From positions 1 to 25,470 of the forward strand of contig JACQLJ010000012.1 of the NCBI GenBank assembly GCA_016234065.1: a stretch of DNA of 25,470 bases, written 5' to 3'. The notes under the pieces were generated by a model. That model was not told the origin of the DNA. It was given only the letters and a program-made list of their open reading frames with translations, and did no database searches. Each line of letters starts with the position of its first letter. Position 1 is the first letter of the stretch. This document shows, piece by piece, positions 16,147-24,594 of this stretch. This DNA comes from Candidatus Pacearchaeota archaeon (GTDB lineage: Archaea; Nanobdellota; Nanobdellia; Pacearchaeales; GW2011-AR1). The translations under genes were made by a program, and so were the position numbers.

Positions 16147-17931
16147 TCACAAAACAACTTCGTAATTGCCAATTTCTTTTTTCAGCAGTTCAAAAACGCG
16201 AGGATTGATCTGCACTGCTTTTTCCAATTTCTGTTTTTCAACTGCTTCAGAGAGTTCTTTTGCATCTGAATTCTCAATCTTGTTTGTTATCTTTTTTATA
16301 ACATTTCCAGCAACCAAAAAACTCCTGCCATTCACGACAATCAATTCTGCGAATTTTTCTTTTCCGTCGCTTGAATATTTCAATCGCATTCTTGATTTCT
16401 CAAGATGCATAAATTCTTTTCTCTGTGAATATTCAATCAACTCACCAATCAAAATAGATGCGTTTTTTCTTGTCTCATTTACCTTGTGGGAATTTGATTT
16501 TCCTTTCTTGAAATCCTTTTTTTCAGATACTATGTCTTTCAGAATTCTGAGTGATTGGTGAGTCATCTTTCCTGTTCTGACAATTTTCTCTTCAAATTCA
16601 TCAATCATTTCGCTTTCTGATTTTTTTCCTAAAATTGTCTCAAGAATCTTGAAAACATCATTGTAAATTTGCTCAATTGTTTTTTCCTGAGCCCTTTTCT
16701 CAATTTTCTCTCTCAAATTCTTGAGGATTTTCAAAAATTTCTCAGAGTCCTTTCTCATTGAATCAATTTCTTTTCCCTCTATTACATATTTGAGATTATG
16801 TTCATATTCTTTGAACTCTTTCACTGCTTTTTCAAGAATCGCCACATCTGATTTTTTGAGCATTTTTTCCTTTTCAACAAAAACATCCTCAAATCTCTGA
16901 GCGGTTTCTTTGGGAGTTGGAGGAGGAAGTCCGTAAAGCATAAGCAATGCCTGGCTTGGAGTTAGAACGCCGTAGTAAATATCAATCATCGCGTCAATAA
17001 GCCGTCTGTCAACGATTTCCTTTGTCCTCTCAGCGGTTCTCATAAACATGTCAATCGCTTCCGGCGATGGCTTGAGTTTTCCCATTTTCAAAAGAACTTT
17101 CCACGGCATAAAAGTTCCTCTATCATAAATCGGAATCCCATCTCTTATAAAAGTGAAAATAACAGGATGAGCATCTTTGACACTCTCCCAGAAATCAGTC
17201 AAAAGGTAAATTTGCGGCGACAAATTGCTTTTTGTTCCTGCAATTGCAGTCGCTTCTCCGATATACTGATGAATTATTGCCCTCAGTCGTTCCTTTAGCT
17301 CAACTCTGTTCATTCTCTTTACATCAGTATCGTTGATTATTATGAAAACATCAACATCAGATGTGCTTATGTTTTCTCCTCTGACTAAACTCCCGCCGAG
17401 AACATAACTGACAACATATTTCTCAAATTTCTGCAAAACCAAACTCTTGTGAATTTCAGCAACTCTCAAAGCCCCAAGTATTCCTTTATCATACAAAGGA
17501 AAGGACAATGCCACTGCAGAGGTTAATTCAAATTTGCTGTCAAGGCACATTTCCCAAATATCAACCGGCGTCTTTACATGAAGCCACGTTTTGCTTTCAA
17601 TGTCTTCTAAATTTTTTACTAAATCCTGTTTCATCTTCGGAATTTCTTTTAATTTTTCCTCTGGAACAATAACATAAAGGTGCACAAACTTCTCTGTTTC
17701 CTTCGGCGCTTCTTCCTCGTCAACAAATAATTTTATAGAATGAGCCGGGATTATTCCTATTGCTTCTATAAACGGAAATCTTTTTACTGCGGAATTCTTG
17801 AATTTGTCAAATTCCTTTTTCTTTTTTTCCACCTCTTTCTGCGCTTCTGTAAGGTTTGGAATTGGATTTGGGGAATATTTTCTGTTAAGGTTCATCTCAG
17901 GAATATCATTCGGGGAAGTGTCATTAGTCAT
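16147..17931 (-). CDS. tandem nucleotidyltransferase-fold protein (degenerate + intact Pol-beta NTase) with long helical C-terminus (594 aa)
   Basis: Intact signature LGGSLVRGENISTSDVDVFIIIND. It is followed by FWESV..HPVIFTFIRDGIPIYDRGTFMPWKVLLKMGKLKPSPEAI, collinear with 11373-12359. An N-terminal copy lacks GS/DxD (IEAIGIIP..HLYVIVPEE..SFPLYDKG). Confidence 0.65.
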   Translation of the reverse strand: MTNDTSPNDIPEMNLNRKYSPNPIPNLTEAQKEVEKKKKEFDKFKNSAVKRFPFIEAIGIIPAHSIKLFVDEEEAPKETEKFVHLYVIVPEEKLKEIPKMKQDLVKNLEDIESKTWLHVKTPVDIWEMCLDSKFELTSAVALSFPLYDKGILGALRVAEIHKSLVLQKFEKYVVSYVLGGSLVRGENISTSDVDVFIIINDTDVKRMNRVELKERLRAIIHQYIGEATAIAGTKSNLSPQIYLLTDFWESVKDAHPVIFTFIRDGIPIYDRGTFMPWKVLLKMGKLKPSPEAIDMFMRTAERTKEIVDRRLIDAMIDIYYGVLTPSQALLMLYGLPPPTPKETAQRFEDVFVEKEKMLKKSDVAILEKAVKEFKEYEHNLKYVIEGKEIDSMRKDSEKFLKILKNLREKIEKRAQEKTIEQIYNDVFKILETILGKKSESEMIDEFEEKIVRTGKMTHQSLRILKDIVSEKKDFKKGKSNSHKVNETRKNASILIGELIEYSQRKEFMHLEKSRMRLKYSSDGKEKFAELIVVNGRSFLVAGNVIKKITNKIENSDAKELSEAVEKQKLEKAVQINPRVFELLKKEIGNYEVVL

Positions 17932-17955
17932 GCTGAAAATATGAAAATGGCACTT

Positions 17956-18684
17956 TTAAAAGTTTGTGGATGGAGGGTTTGATAAACCTAAAAATCTCTT
18001 AGAAAAGTCCCTAAACAAATGCCTTGGCTTTCTCAACTCTTCTTCAAGATTTTTTCCATTATCATAAACACTAACCCAATCCTTTGGCATAGTCCCTACT
18101 ACTTGAGAAGTGGTGTATGCTTTTCCTTGATAAATTTTTCTTCTATCATTAACTACAAAATATCCAAAGGGAATAGGGAAGGAATATACAAAAGTTTTTA
18201 CTGAAAAACAATGTAAATCACAACCTAGTTTAGCAAAAAATCCCTGTTTTAAATGAGTTGTCATTTCTGAAACATCTAAAAAAGATACACTCCCATCAGT
18301 TGCCACCCAAGAAGAATATGATGCATGACCTATTACAATAACATTTCTTATATTTCTATTATCTAAAACTTCTCTTAAATCATCAGAAGTTGCATCTACT
18401 AGCAATAAGGATTTTCCATCTATTCTTCTAGCATAACCTCTACCAACTCTCAAACTTTCTTGACTTTCACGTAAAGATATTACTCCTGAACCATCAGAAC
18501 CAGAACATAGAATCGCAGTTCTGTCTCCAGTGCTTAATTTTTGATCTTCAAGCAAGGATCTGTATTTCTTCATACATGAATCAAAAAAATCTCTTCCATT
18601 CCAACTTCGTTTAGAATGGATGCTTTCACGATAATCTTGATTAGTATGGTCACGTATATACTCTTCAAGACCTCTAAGGGGCAT
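17956..18684 (-). CDS. hypothetical protein (242 aa), possible His/Cys-dyad hydrolase
   Basis: Clean ORF 24 nt upstream of the NTase gene. VIVIGHAS ... FFAKLGCDLH spacing is reminiscent of caspase/CHAT-like dyads (weak, by eye only). Confidence 0.5.
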   Translation of the reverse strand: MPLRGLEEYIRDHTNQDYRESIHSKRSWNGRDFFDSCMKKYRSLLEDQKLSTGDRTAILCSGSDGSGVISLRESQESLRVGRGYARRIDGKSLLLVDATSDDLREVLDNRNIRNVIVIGHASYSSWVATDGSVSFLDVSEMTTHLKQGFFAKLGCDLHCFSVKTFVYSFPIPFGYFVVNDRRKIYQGKAYTTSQVVGTMPKDWVSVYDNGKNLEEELRKPRHLFRDFSKRFLGLSNPPSTNF

Positions 18685-18762
18685 TAAAAATTTTGTTTAG
18701 ACTATTTTTTAAATGTTATGAATGGAAACATTTTTTAAAGAAAGATTGCATTGAAAATTCAC

Positions 18763-18833
18763 GGCCTCGTAGGCTAGTGGCAAACCCTCTCGTTTACACC
18801 GAGATGTTGAAGGTTCGATTCCTTCCGAGGCCA
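18763..18833 (+). tRNA. tRNA-Val: tRNA-Val (anticodon UAC)
   Basis: Hand fold: acceptor GGCCUCG/CGAGGCC, anticodon stem UCUCG/CGAGA, loop UUUACAC, T arm GAAGG-UUCGAUU-CCUUC, discriminator A. One mismatch in the D stem. CCA not encoded. Confidence 0.85.
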
Positions 18834-18897
18834 TTAATCATCCAGAAAGCGAACCAAAAACTTTTGAAACAATTACTGCTTCCATAACTAATCTAAT

Positions 18898-18923
18898 GAA
18901 TCCTTTATCAGAATCCTTTATCA
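18898..18923. repeat. perfect tandem duplication 2 x GAATCCTTTATCA
   Basis: Read directly: 18898-18910 equals 18911-18923. It lies between tRNA-Val and trxB. Confidence 0.8.
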
Positions 18924-19008
18924 ACTGAATTGTGATATTTTGCCATTTAAAAACAGGAACCAATTTATTTAAAAATTTAATTATTAAACAAGTAATTTTA
19001 TAATAAGG

Positions 19009-19016
19009 TATAAATA
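19009..19016 (+). promoter_or_regulatory. TATA box (TATAAATA) of the trxB operon
   Basis: Centred ~32 nt upstream of the ATG at 19044. Confidence 0.35.
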
Positions 19017-19043
19017 CCAAATCTAGTTTAATTAGAAATCAAA

Positions 19044-20006
19044 ATGAACAAATACGATTTTTTAATTATTGGCGCAGGTGGAACAGGATTGGCAGCCGCA
19101 ATGTATGCTGCGCGACTTGGAATGAAAACGCTCGTCCTAGGATTTAGTCATGGAACAGAAAATCCTGTCGGAGGAGTAATCACGACGACAAACATAGTTG
19201 AAAATTATCCCGGATTCATAAAACTCACTGGCTATGAACTATCAAAAAAAATTGAAGAGCATACACGGAGTTATGACTTAGTTGAAATAAAACAGGAAAA
19301 AGCAGTTGAAATTAAAAAAAGCAAATATGGGTTTATTGTCAAGACCTCCTCGAAAGCCGGTGGAACGTATGAAACTAAGACGCTTCTTTTCGCGACAGGA
19401 ACAAAATGGAGGAAACTGCCTGAATCAGTAAAGGGTTCAAGAGAATTTGAAAACAAAGGTGTTAATTATTGCGCATTATGCGACGGGCCTTTATACAAAA
19501 ATAAAATCGTCGCTGTAGTAGGAGGAAGTGATTCAGCTGCAAAAGATGCGTTGCTTTTAGCAGAACATTCAGTGAAGGTTTACATTATATACAGGGGAGA
19601 AAAAATACACCCAGAGCCAATAAATCTTGAAAGAGTAAACAAAAATAAAAAAATTGAGATTATAAATAAAACAAATATAGTTGAAGTCAAAGGAGATGAA
19701 AGAGTGAGAGGTGTTCTTCTTGATAAGGCATACAAAAACAGCACTGAATTAAAACTTGATGGTGTTTTCGTCGCCATAGGGCACATTATCATTTCTGAAT
19801 TGGCAGAAAACATTGGAGTTAAGTTAAACAAAGAAAAGGAAATAATAATAAACCACATGACTTCGGAAACAAATATGAAAGGAATTTATGCAGCAGGCGA
19901 TGTCACAGACAAGCCATTCAAGCAACTTATAACAGGAGTTGCAGACGGATGCACAGCGGCCTACAGCGCTTATGAATATATTAATAAAGAAAAAATAGAA
20001 CCTTAA
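19044..20006 (+). CDS. trxB: thioredoxin reductase-like flavoprotein
   Basis: FAD motif IIGAGGTGLAAAMYA, redox CALC in YCALCDG, second dinucleotide motif VVGGSDSAAKDA, C-terminal AAGDV. Confidence 0.85.
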   Translation: MNKYDFLIIGAGGTGLAAAMYAARLGMKTLVLGFSHGTENPVGGVITTTNIVENYPGFIKLTGYELSKKIEEHTRSYDLVEIKQEKAVEIKKSKYGFIVKTSSKAGGTYETKTLLFATGTKWRKLPESVKGSREFENKGVNYCALCDGPLYKNKIVAVVGGSDSAAKDALLLAEHSVKVYIIYRGEKIHPEPINLERVNKNKKIEIINKTNIVEVKGDERVRGVLLDKAYKNSTELKLDGVFVAIGHIIISELAENIGVKLNKEKEIIINHMTSETNMKGIYAAGDVTDKPFKQLITGVADGCTAAYSAYEYINKEKIEP

Positions 20007-20009
20007 TTA

Positions 20010-20369
20010 ATGGTGGTATCACAAGAAATAAAAAGTTTCTCTAGAAATATTCTTGCATTTTTAGATTATGAAAATATTCATTATTTAGAGAATTTAAGGG
20101 AAAGATTAGGAAGAAAATATAAATTTGGAGATGACGAAATAAGATTAGAGGAATCATATCCTGAAGGTTTTGATCTAGTTTATAACAAACAAAAAGAGTG
20201 TCCAATAAGGATAAAATTTAATACTGGATTTGCAAAAATAATGTTAAGAAGCAGTGGCACTATTGAGGGATATCCGTGCTTAAGTCCTGACTGCGTGATA
20301 AGATCAAAAAAAGTTGATAGTTGGATTTACATAGTTAAACAAGAACTGGAGAAATTATGCCAAGAATAA
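20010..20369 (+). CDS. hypothetical protein (119 aa), paralog of the next gene
   Basis: Starts 3 nt after the trxB stop. The N-terminal block SRNILAFLDYENIHYLENLRERLG aligns with SKFILDFLRAQNIMDVNDLRKKRG of 20410-20814. Confidence 0.55.
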   Translation: MVVSQEIKSFSRNILAFLDYENIHYLENLRERLGRKYKFGDDEIRLEESYPEGFDLVYNKQKECPIRIKFNTGFAKIMLRSSGTIEGYPCLSPDCVIRSKKVDSWIYIVKQELEKLCQE

Positions 20370-20409
20370 ACAAAAGTTTTTTATAACCTAATACAGAAGA
20401 AATTTTAAC

Positions 20410-20814
20410 ATGGGCAGAAAAATAACGAATGAAGAAATCTTTGAATATTCAAAATTTATTTTGGATTTTTTAAGGGCACAGAATATCATGGATGTGAATG
20501 ATCTTAGGAAGAAAAGAGGAACTTATCCAAGCAAAAAACCCGGTGAAAAATTAATAATAGAAACAAGACCTTCTAATTTAGGCACAACAGCAGAAACAAT
20601 TAATTATGTAATTGAGGGTGTTGGAATTCCAATTGAAGCGAGATTTAATCAGGAATTGGATTATTTATCAATAACTTTAAAAAAATCAGGTGAACCTATG
20701 AAATTGTATGAAATGTCATCTTATGACCCTTTTGGAAATTACATTCAAACCAAGAGAAGAACTCCCGGAACCATAGATGCTTTAGTGGAAGAATTAAATG
20801 CACTAAATTTTTAA
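20410..20814 (+). CDS. hypothetical protein (134 aa), paralog of the previous gene
   Basis: The stop is 1 nt before the ferredoxin ATG. Collinear similarity to 20010-20369. Confidence 0.55.
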   Translation: MGRKITNEEIFEYSKFILDFLRAQNIMDVNDLRKKRGTYPSKKPGEKLIIETRPSNLGTTAETINYVIEGVGIPIEARFNQELDYLSITLKKSGEPMKLYEMSSYDPFGNYIQTKRRTPGTIDALVEELNALNF

Positions 20815-20815
20815 C

Positions 20816-21076
20816 ATGCCAAGAATAACAAACCAAAAAACAGGGGAAAGCATAGAAGCCAAGGAAGGCGAGATGATTAGAAACGCATGCGAAGAACTCG
20901 GAGTTCCGTTCTGCTGCACCAACGGAATCTGCGGGACTTGTATGATTGATGTTATTGAAGGCGAAGAAAACCTTTCTGAATTGACGCAGAATGAAATTGA
21001 CATGGAAAGAGACAAAAAACACCGACTGGCATGTCAGTGCCAAATCAAAAATGGAGATGTTAAGATTGAGTTTTAA
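20816..21076 (+). CDS. [2Fe-2S] ferredoxin (plant/fer2 type)
   Basis: Cys pattern C-TNGI-C-GT-C then ~30 aa to LACQC. 86 aa. Confidence 0.8.
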   Translation: MPRITNQKTGESIEAKEGEMIRNACEELGVPFCCTNGICGTCMIDVIEGEENLSELTQNEIDMERDKKHRLACQCQIKNGDVKIEF

Positions 21077-21411
21077 TCACTAACCATAGTAAAATCATTA
21101 TCAGTGTATAATCTGTATTCTGCACCACCGAACTGGCTAGCAAAATATCTTTTAACAATAATACCTTTTCTACTTGTCCCTTCTTGTCTCATTAAAATTG
21201 CTGGTGTAAAAGGATTTCTATTAAAACCTCCACTCAGGATGCTTACTATTTCAGTATCACTAAAAACATTATATCCCATCTTTTTCGCTTCTTGGATTAC
21301 TAAGTCCAAGTCAGTTTCTGAAAATGATTGCTGCCTTAATCTAACCTGTCTCGCATTTATTCTAAAAGCTATATTACCTGAAATAATTGAAACATCAAGG
21401 GTTTTTCGCAT
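21073..21411 (-). CDS. hypothetical protein (112 aa)
   Basis: ATG verified. Convergent with the ferredoxin gene (4-nt overlap of ends) and divergent from the peroxiredoxin gene. Confidence 0.5.
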   Translation of the reverse strand: MRKTLDVSIISGNIAFRINARQVRLRQQSFSETDLDLVIQEAKKMGYNVFSDTEIVSILSGGFNRNPFTPAILMRQEGTSRKGIIVKRYFASQFGGAEYRLYTDNDFTMVSD

Positions 21412-21465
21412 AAAAATTTAATTAAAACTTTGTTTAAAAACATTTATGTGTTTTTCTCACAATAA

Positions 21466-21475
21466 TTTATATAAA
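21466..21475 (+). promoter_or_regulatory. TATA box (TTTATATAAA) of the peroxiredoxin gene
   Basis: Centred ~26 nt upstream of ATG 21497. This supports that start and a leaderless mRNA. Confidence 0.4.
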
Positions 21476-21496
21476 GAACAACTAATAATTTCCCAT

Positions 21497-22060
21497 ATGC
21501 CAACAATAAACCAAAGAGCACCGGATTTTGAAGCAAAGGCACTTCATGAAAACAAAATAAAAGATGTGAAACTCTCCGATTATAGGGAAAAATGGGTTGT
21601 TTTATTTTTTTATCCTGGCGATTTCACTTTTATTTGCCCAACAGAACTTGGAGAACTTGCAGACAACCATCAAAAATTCAGAGAATTAAATACTGAGATT
21701 TTGAGTGTAAGCACTGATTCTGAATTTGTGCATAAAGCATGGTATGACATCTCAACAATGGTGAAGAAAATCCAGTATCCAATGATTGCTGACCCAACTG
21801 GAAAAATCGCAAAAAGTTACGGCGTTTATATTTGGAATGAGGGGGTTGCTTTGAGAGGAACATTCATAATAAATCCAAATGGAATTTTGAAAGCATTTGA
21901 AATTCACGATAACAGCATCGGAAGAAACACAGAAGAACTATTAAGAAAAGTTCAGGCAGCACAATACACTGAATCACACAACGGCGAGGTCTGCCCTGCA
22001 AGCTGGAAACCAGGAAAAGAAACATTAAAACCAGGATTGGACTTGGTTGGAAAGATTTGA
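21497..22060 (+). CDS. typical 2-Cys peroxiredoxin (AhpC/Prx1 type)
   Basis: FFYPGDFTFICPTEL (peroxidatic Cys) and EVCPASWKPG (resolving Cys). The homologous N-terminus begins MPTINQRAPDF. The ATG at 21446 would add 17 non-homologous residues. Confidence 0.85.
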   Translation: MPTINQRAPDFEAKALHENKIKDVKLSDYREKWVVLFFYPGDFTFICPTELGELADNHQKFRELNTEILSVSTDSEFVHKAWYDISTMVKKIQYPMIADPTGKIAKSYGVYIWNEGVALRGTFIINPNGILKAFEIHDNSIGRNTEELLRKVQAAQYTESHNGEVCPASWKPGKETLKPGLDLVGKI

Positions 22061-22109
22061 ATAACTTCAGAATACAAATTCTTATAAATAAATTTTTGTT
22101 CGTTTTGAT

Positions 22110-22421
22110 ATGCCTAATAATAGATCATTATATGTGGGTAAATATACTACTGGATTCAATGATGGCATGCCAATTGAATCTGATGTTTATTTTATTGCAT
22201 CAAACCATCAAAGAGCATTTGAAATGTTTTCCTAATTTCTAGGAAGAAAGGAGAAAATTCAAGGAGGAACTGATCTTACCAGAAAATTTGTTAGCTTAGA
22301 AGAGAGATGGGGAGAAGTTTTAATAGACGAGATTATAGAAAAAGAAGGGGAAGGAAATGTAGTGAATGACAAACGAGTCGTGCCTCTTCGTACATCATAT
22401 GGATTTAGAGACAATTCTTAA
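22110..22421 (+). pseudogene. 103-codon reading frame interrupted by one in-frame TAA (22233-22235): a 41-aa gene or a disrupted/readthrough gene
   Basis: TTATAAAT box ~24 nt upstream of ATG 22110. Frame: MPNNRSLYVGKYTTGFNDGMPIESDVYFIASNHQRAFEMFS*FLGRKEKIQGGTDLTRKFVSLEERWGEVLIDEIIEKEGEGNVVNDKRVVPLRTSYGFRDNS*. There is no ATG in the second half. Confidence 0.35.
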
Positions 22422-22487
22422 AAAATGACAGAATAGAGAATAAATAAAATCCAAAACACTTTTATAGTTATTTCTTAAAGTTAAATC

Positions 22488-23474
22488 ATGACATTGGATT
22501 TTGAAAAACAAAAACTTGTAGAAGAATTAAAAAGAATAAAACCAAAAAGAGTTTTGGTCCAGTTAGCTGAAGGAATAAAGCAGAATTCAAATGAAATTGC
22601 AGACATTATTGAGCCGCTTGGAATTGAGGTGATTTTTTCAGGCGAAACATCTTGGGGTGCTTGCTCTGTCGCTGTTCATGAAGCAAAAGAATTAAACTGC
22701 GATTTAATAGTTCATTTCGGACACGCAAAATTCATTGATGTTGATTTTCCTATTTTATATATTGAAGTAAAAGATATTTTGAATTTAGAACCATTGTTGA
22801 AAAAATCTCTAAAAGAACTCAAAGAATTTCATACTATTGGATTGAGTTATTCAATTCAGCACAGGCATGAAATTGAAAATATTGTGAAGTTTTATGAAAA
22901 AAATAGGAAAAAAGTTATCTTGTCAAAAAAATCAGGACATGCTGCTTATGAAGGACACATTGTCGGATGTGAATACTCTGGATTAAAGCTAATTGAAAAA
23001 GAAGTTGATGCTTTTGTGATAATCGGAAATAATTTTCATTCAATGGGAGCTGCTTTAAGTGTTGCAAAACCAGTTATGCTTCTTGATGTTTACAATGATG
23101 AGGTAAAAAATGTGGAAAAGTTAAGAGAAAAAATTCTAAAGCAAAGAGCAATATCAATTCAAAAACTCAGAGATGCGAAAAATGTTGGGATAATAATTGA
23201 AGTGAAACCAGGACAGAAATTTGGAAATCCAAAATACCTTGTCACCAAATTAAAAGAGCAAGGAAAAAATCCGATTGTGATAACAATGTCCGAAGTCACA
23301 ACTGATAAGATAATGAATTTTTACAATATTGATGCTTTTATTGAACTGGCATGCCCAAGAATTGCAATAGATGATTTTGCAAAATATCCGAAGCCGATTC
23401 TTACTTTCAAGGAAGCGCTTGTTGCTTTAAACGTTAAGACGTGGGAAGAAATTCTTAAGATTGGGATTGTTTAG
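22488..23474 (+). CDS. dph2: diphthamide synthesis protein Dph2 (2-(3-amino-3-carboxypropyl)histidine synthase)
   Basis: ~330 aa with Dph2-like blocks VLVQLAEGIK, WGACSV, VHFGHAKF, ELACPRIAIDD. Confidence 0.75.
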   Translation: MTLDFEKQKLVEELKRIKPKRVLVQLAEGIKQNSNEIADIIEPLGIEVIFSGETSWGACSVAVHEAKELNCDLIVHFGHAKFIDVDFPILYIEVKDILNLEPLLKKSLKELKEFHTIGLSYSIQHRHEIENIVKFYEKNRKKVILSKKSGHAAYEGHIVGCEYSGLKLIEKEVDAFVIIGNNFHSMGAALSVAKPVMLLDVYNDEVKNVEKLREKILKQRAISIQKLRDAKNVGIIIEVKPGQKFGNPKYLVTKLKEQGKNPIVITMSEVTTDKIMNFYNIDAFIELACPRIAIDDFAKYPKPILTFKEALVALNVKTWEEILKIGIV

Positions 23475-23508
23475 ATAAACTTAAAAATAGTATTTTTGTG
23501 GTATTTTT

Positions 23509-23916
23509 ATGTTAACACGAAAACTTTTTTCTGGACTTGTTTTGTCAGCTGGATTGTTGCAAACAGCATGCATTCCTTCTTTAATTCTCGCCACAATTTT
23601 ATCAAAAGAACCATGCACAAGAGACTATGCTGGAGAATTTCATGATGGAGACAAAACATTTGGTATGAGATTCCATGAGGATCCAAAAGAGGGTAATCTT
23701 TTAGTTGTTACGTATCAGGGTGAGAGAATAAACTTTTTTGATAATGGCAAAGGTGTGAATAAGCTTAAATTGATTGGAACAGAAGATGTAATTCTTAAAG
23801 AGTATGATATTAGTCCAGGAGACATAATTGCAGAAGGCGTGCAGAAGAGATACGAAGATTATGTTGGAAGGTTAAGATCAGAAGGAAGTTTAAAACAAAG
23901 TGGAAGTTGTGATTAA
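23509..23916 (+). CDS. secreted or lipoprotein-like hypothetical protein (135 aa)
   Basis: N-terminal signal-like MLTRKLFSGLVLSAGLLQTAC with a lipobox-like Cys. Confidence 0.5.
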   Translation: MLTRKLFSGLVLSAGLLQTACIPSLILATILSKEPCTRDYAGEFHDGDKTFGMRFHEDPKEGNLLVVTYQGERINFFDNGKGVNKLKLIGTEDVILKEYDISPGDIIAEGVQKRYEDYVGRLRSEGSLKQSGSCD

Positions 23917-23925
23917 TTTTATCTA

Positions 23926-24576
23926 ATGCTATCTGAAAAAACAAAATCATTTTTTGGGGTTTTTTTAATTTTTATATTTTTCATACTATCTTCATATGCA
24001 GTAAGAACAAATCTTGATTTTTTCAGGGAAGTTGTAGGTATTGGATATCTTGGAAGTTTGATTTACATTCTTATAATAATATTTGCCATTGTTGTCGCAC
24101 CAATAAGCGCTATGCCCCTAATGCCTGTTGCATCAAATATTTATGGCTGGTTTTACGGCGCGGTTTTCACAATAGTTGGCTGGACTCTTGGCTCATTTGT
24201 TGTATTTTTTCTATGCAGAAAATACGGAATTGATTTAGTGAAAAAATTTGTCTCATTAAAAAGTATTTACAAGATAGAATCAAAAATTCCAAAAGGAGAG
24301 GTTTTCTTTGATATTCTTTTGCTTAGGATGATTGTGCCTGTTGACATTTTGAGTTATGCGCTTTCATTATTTACAAAAGTAAAATTCAGAACTTACGCAA
24401 TCACAACAATAATTGGAATAACACCTTTTGCTTTTGTATGGTCTTATTTAGGAGTCATACCATTGATTTATCAGATTCTTGGCATAACAGCAATTGTATT
24501 ATTAATAACTTTAGTTCATTTACTGAGGGAATTGGCGAAAGATTCAAAAAAGGCTGGGAAAAAATTTTATAAATGA
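23926..24576 (+). CDS. TVP38/TMEM64 (DedA-related, SNARE-associated) family membrane protein
   Basis: Multiple TM segments. Conserved-looking core PISAMPLMPVASNIYGWFYGAVFTIVGWTLGSFVVFFLCRKYG. Confidence 0.6.
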   Translation: MLSEKTKSFFGVFLIFIFFILSSYAVRTNLDFFREVVGIGYLGSLIYILIIIFAIVVAPISAMPLMPVASNIYGWFYGAVFTIVGWTLGSFVVFFLCRKYGIDLVKKFVSLKSIYKIESKIPKGEVFFDILLLRMIVPVDILSYALSLFTKVKFRTYAITTIIGITPFAFVWSYLGVIPLIYQILGITAIVLLITLVHLLRELAKDSKKAGKKFYK

Positions 24577-24594
24577 CTATTATAATAAAAGATT

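Noticed and set aside
18838-19020. Track ORF of 60 aa (-) in the tRNA-Val/trxB gap
   Set aside because: It spans the tandem repeat and the trxB promoter region, has an AT-rich translation, and has no start context.
22057-22242. Track ORF of 61 aa overlapping the peroxiredoxin stop
   Set aside because: It gives a hydrophobic low-complexity translation with no promoter or SD. A different frame in the same gap has a TATA box and a more protein-like sequence.
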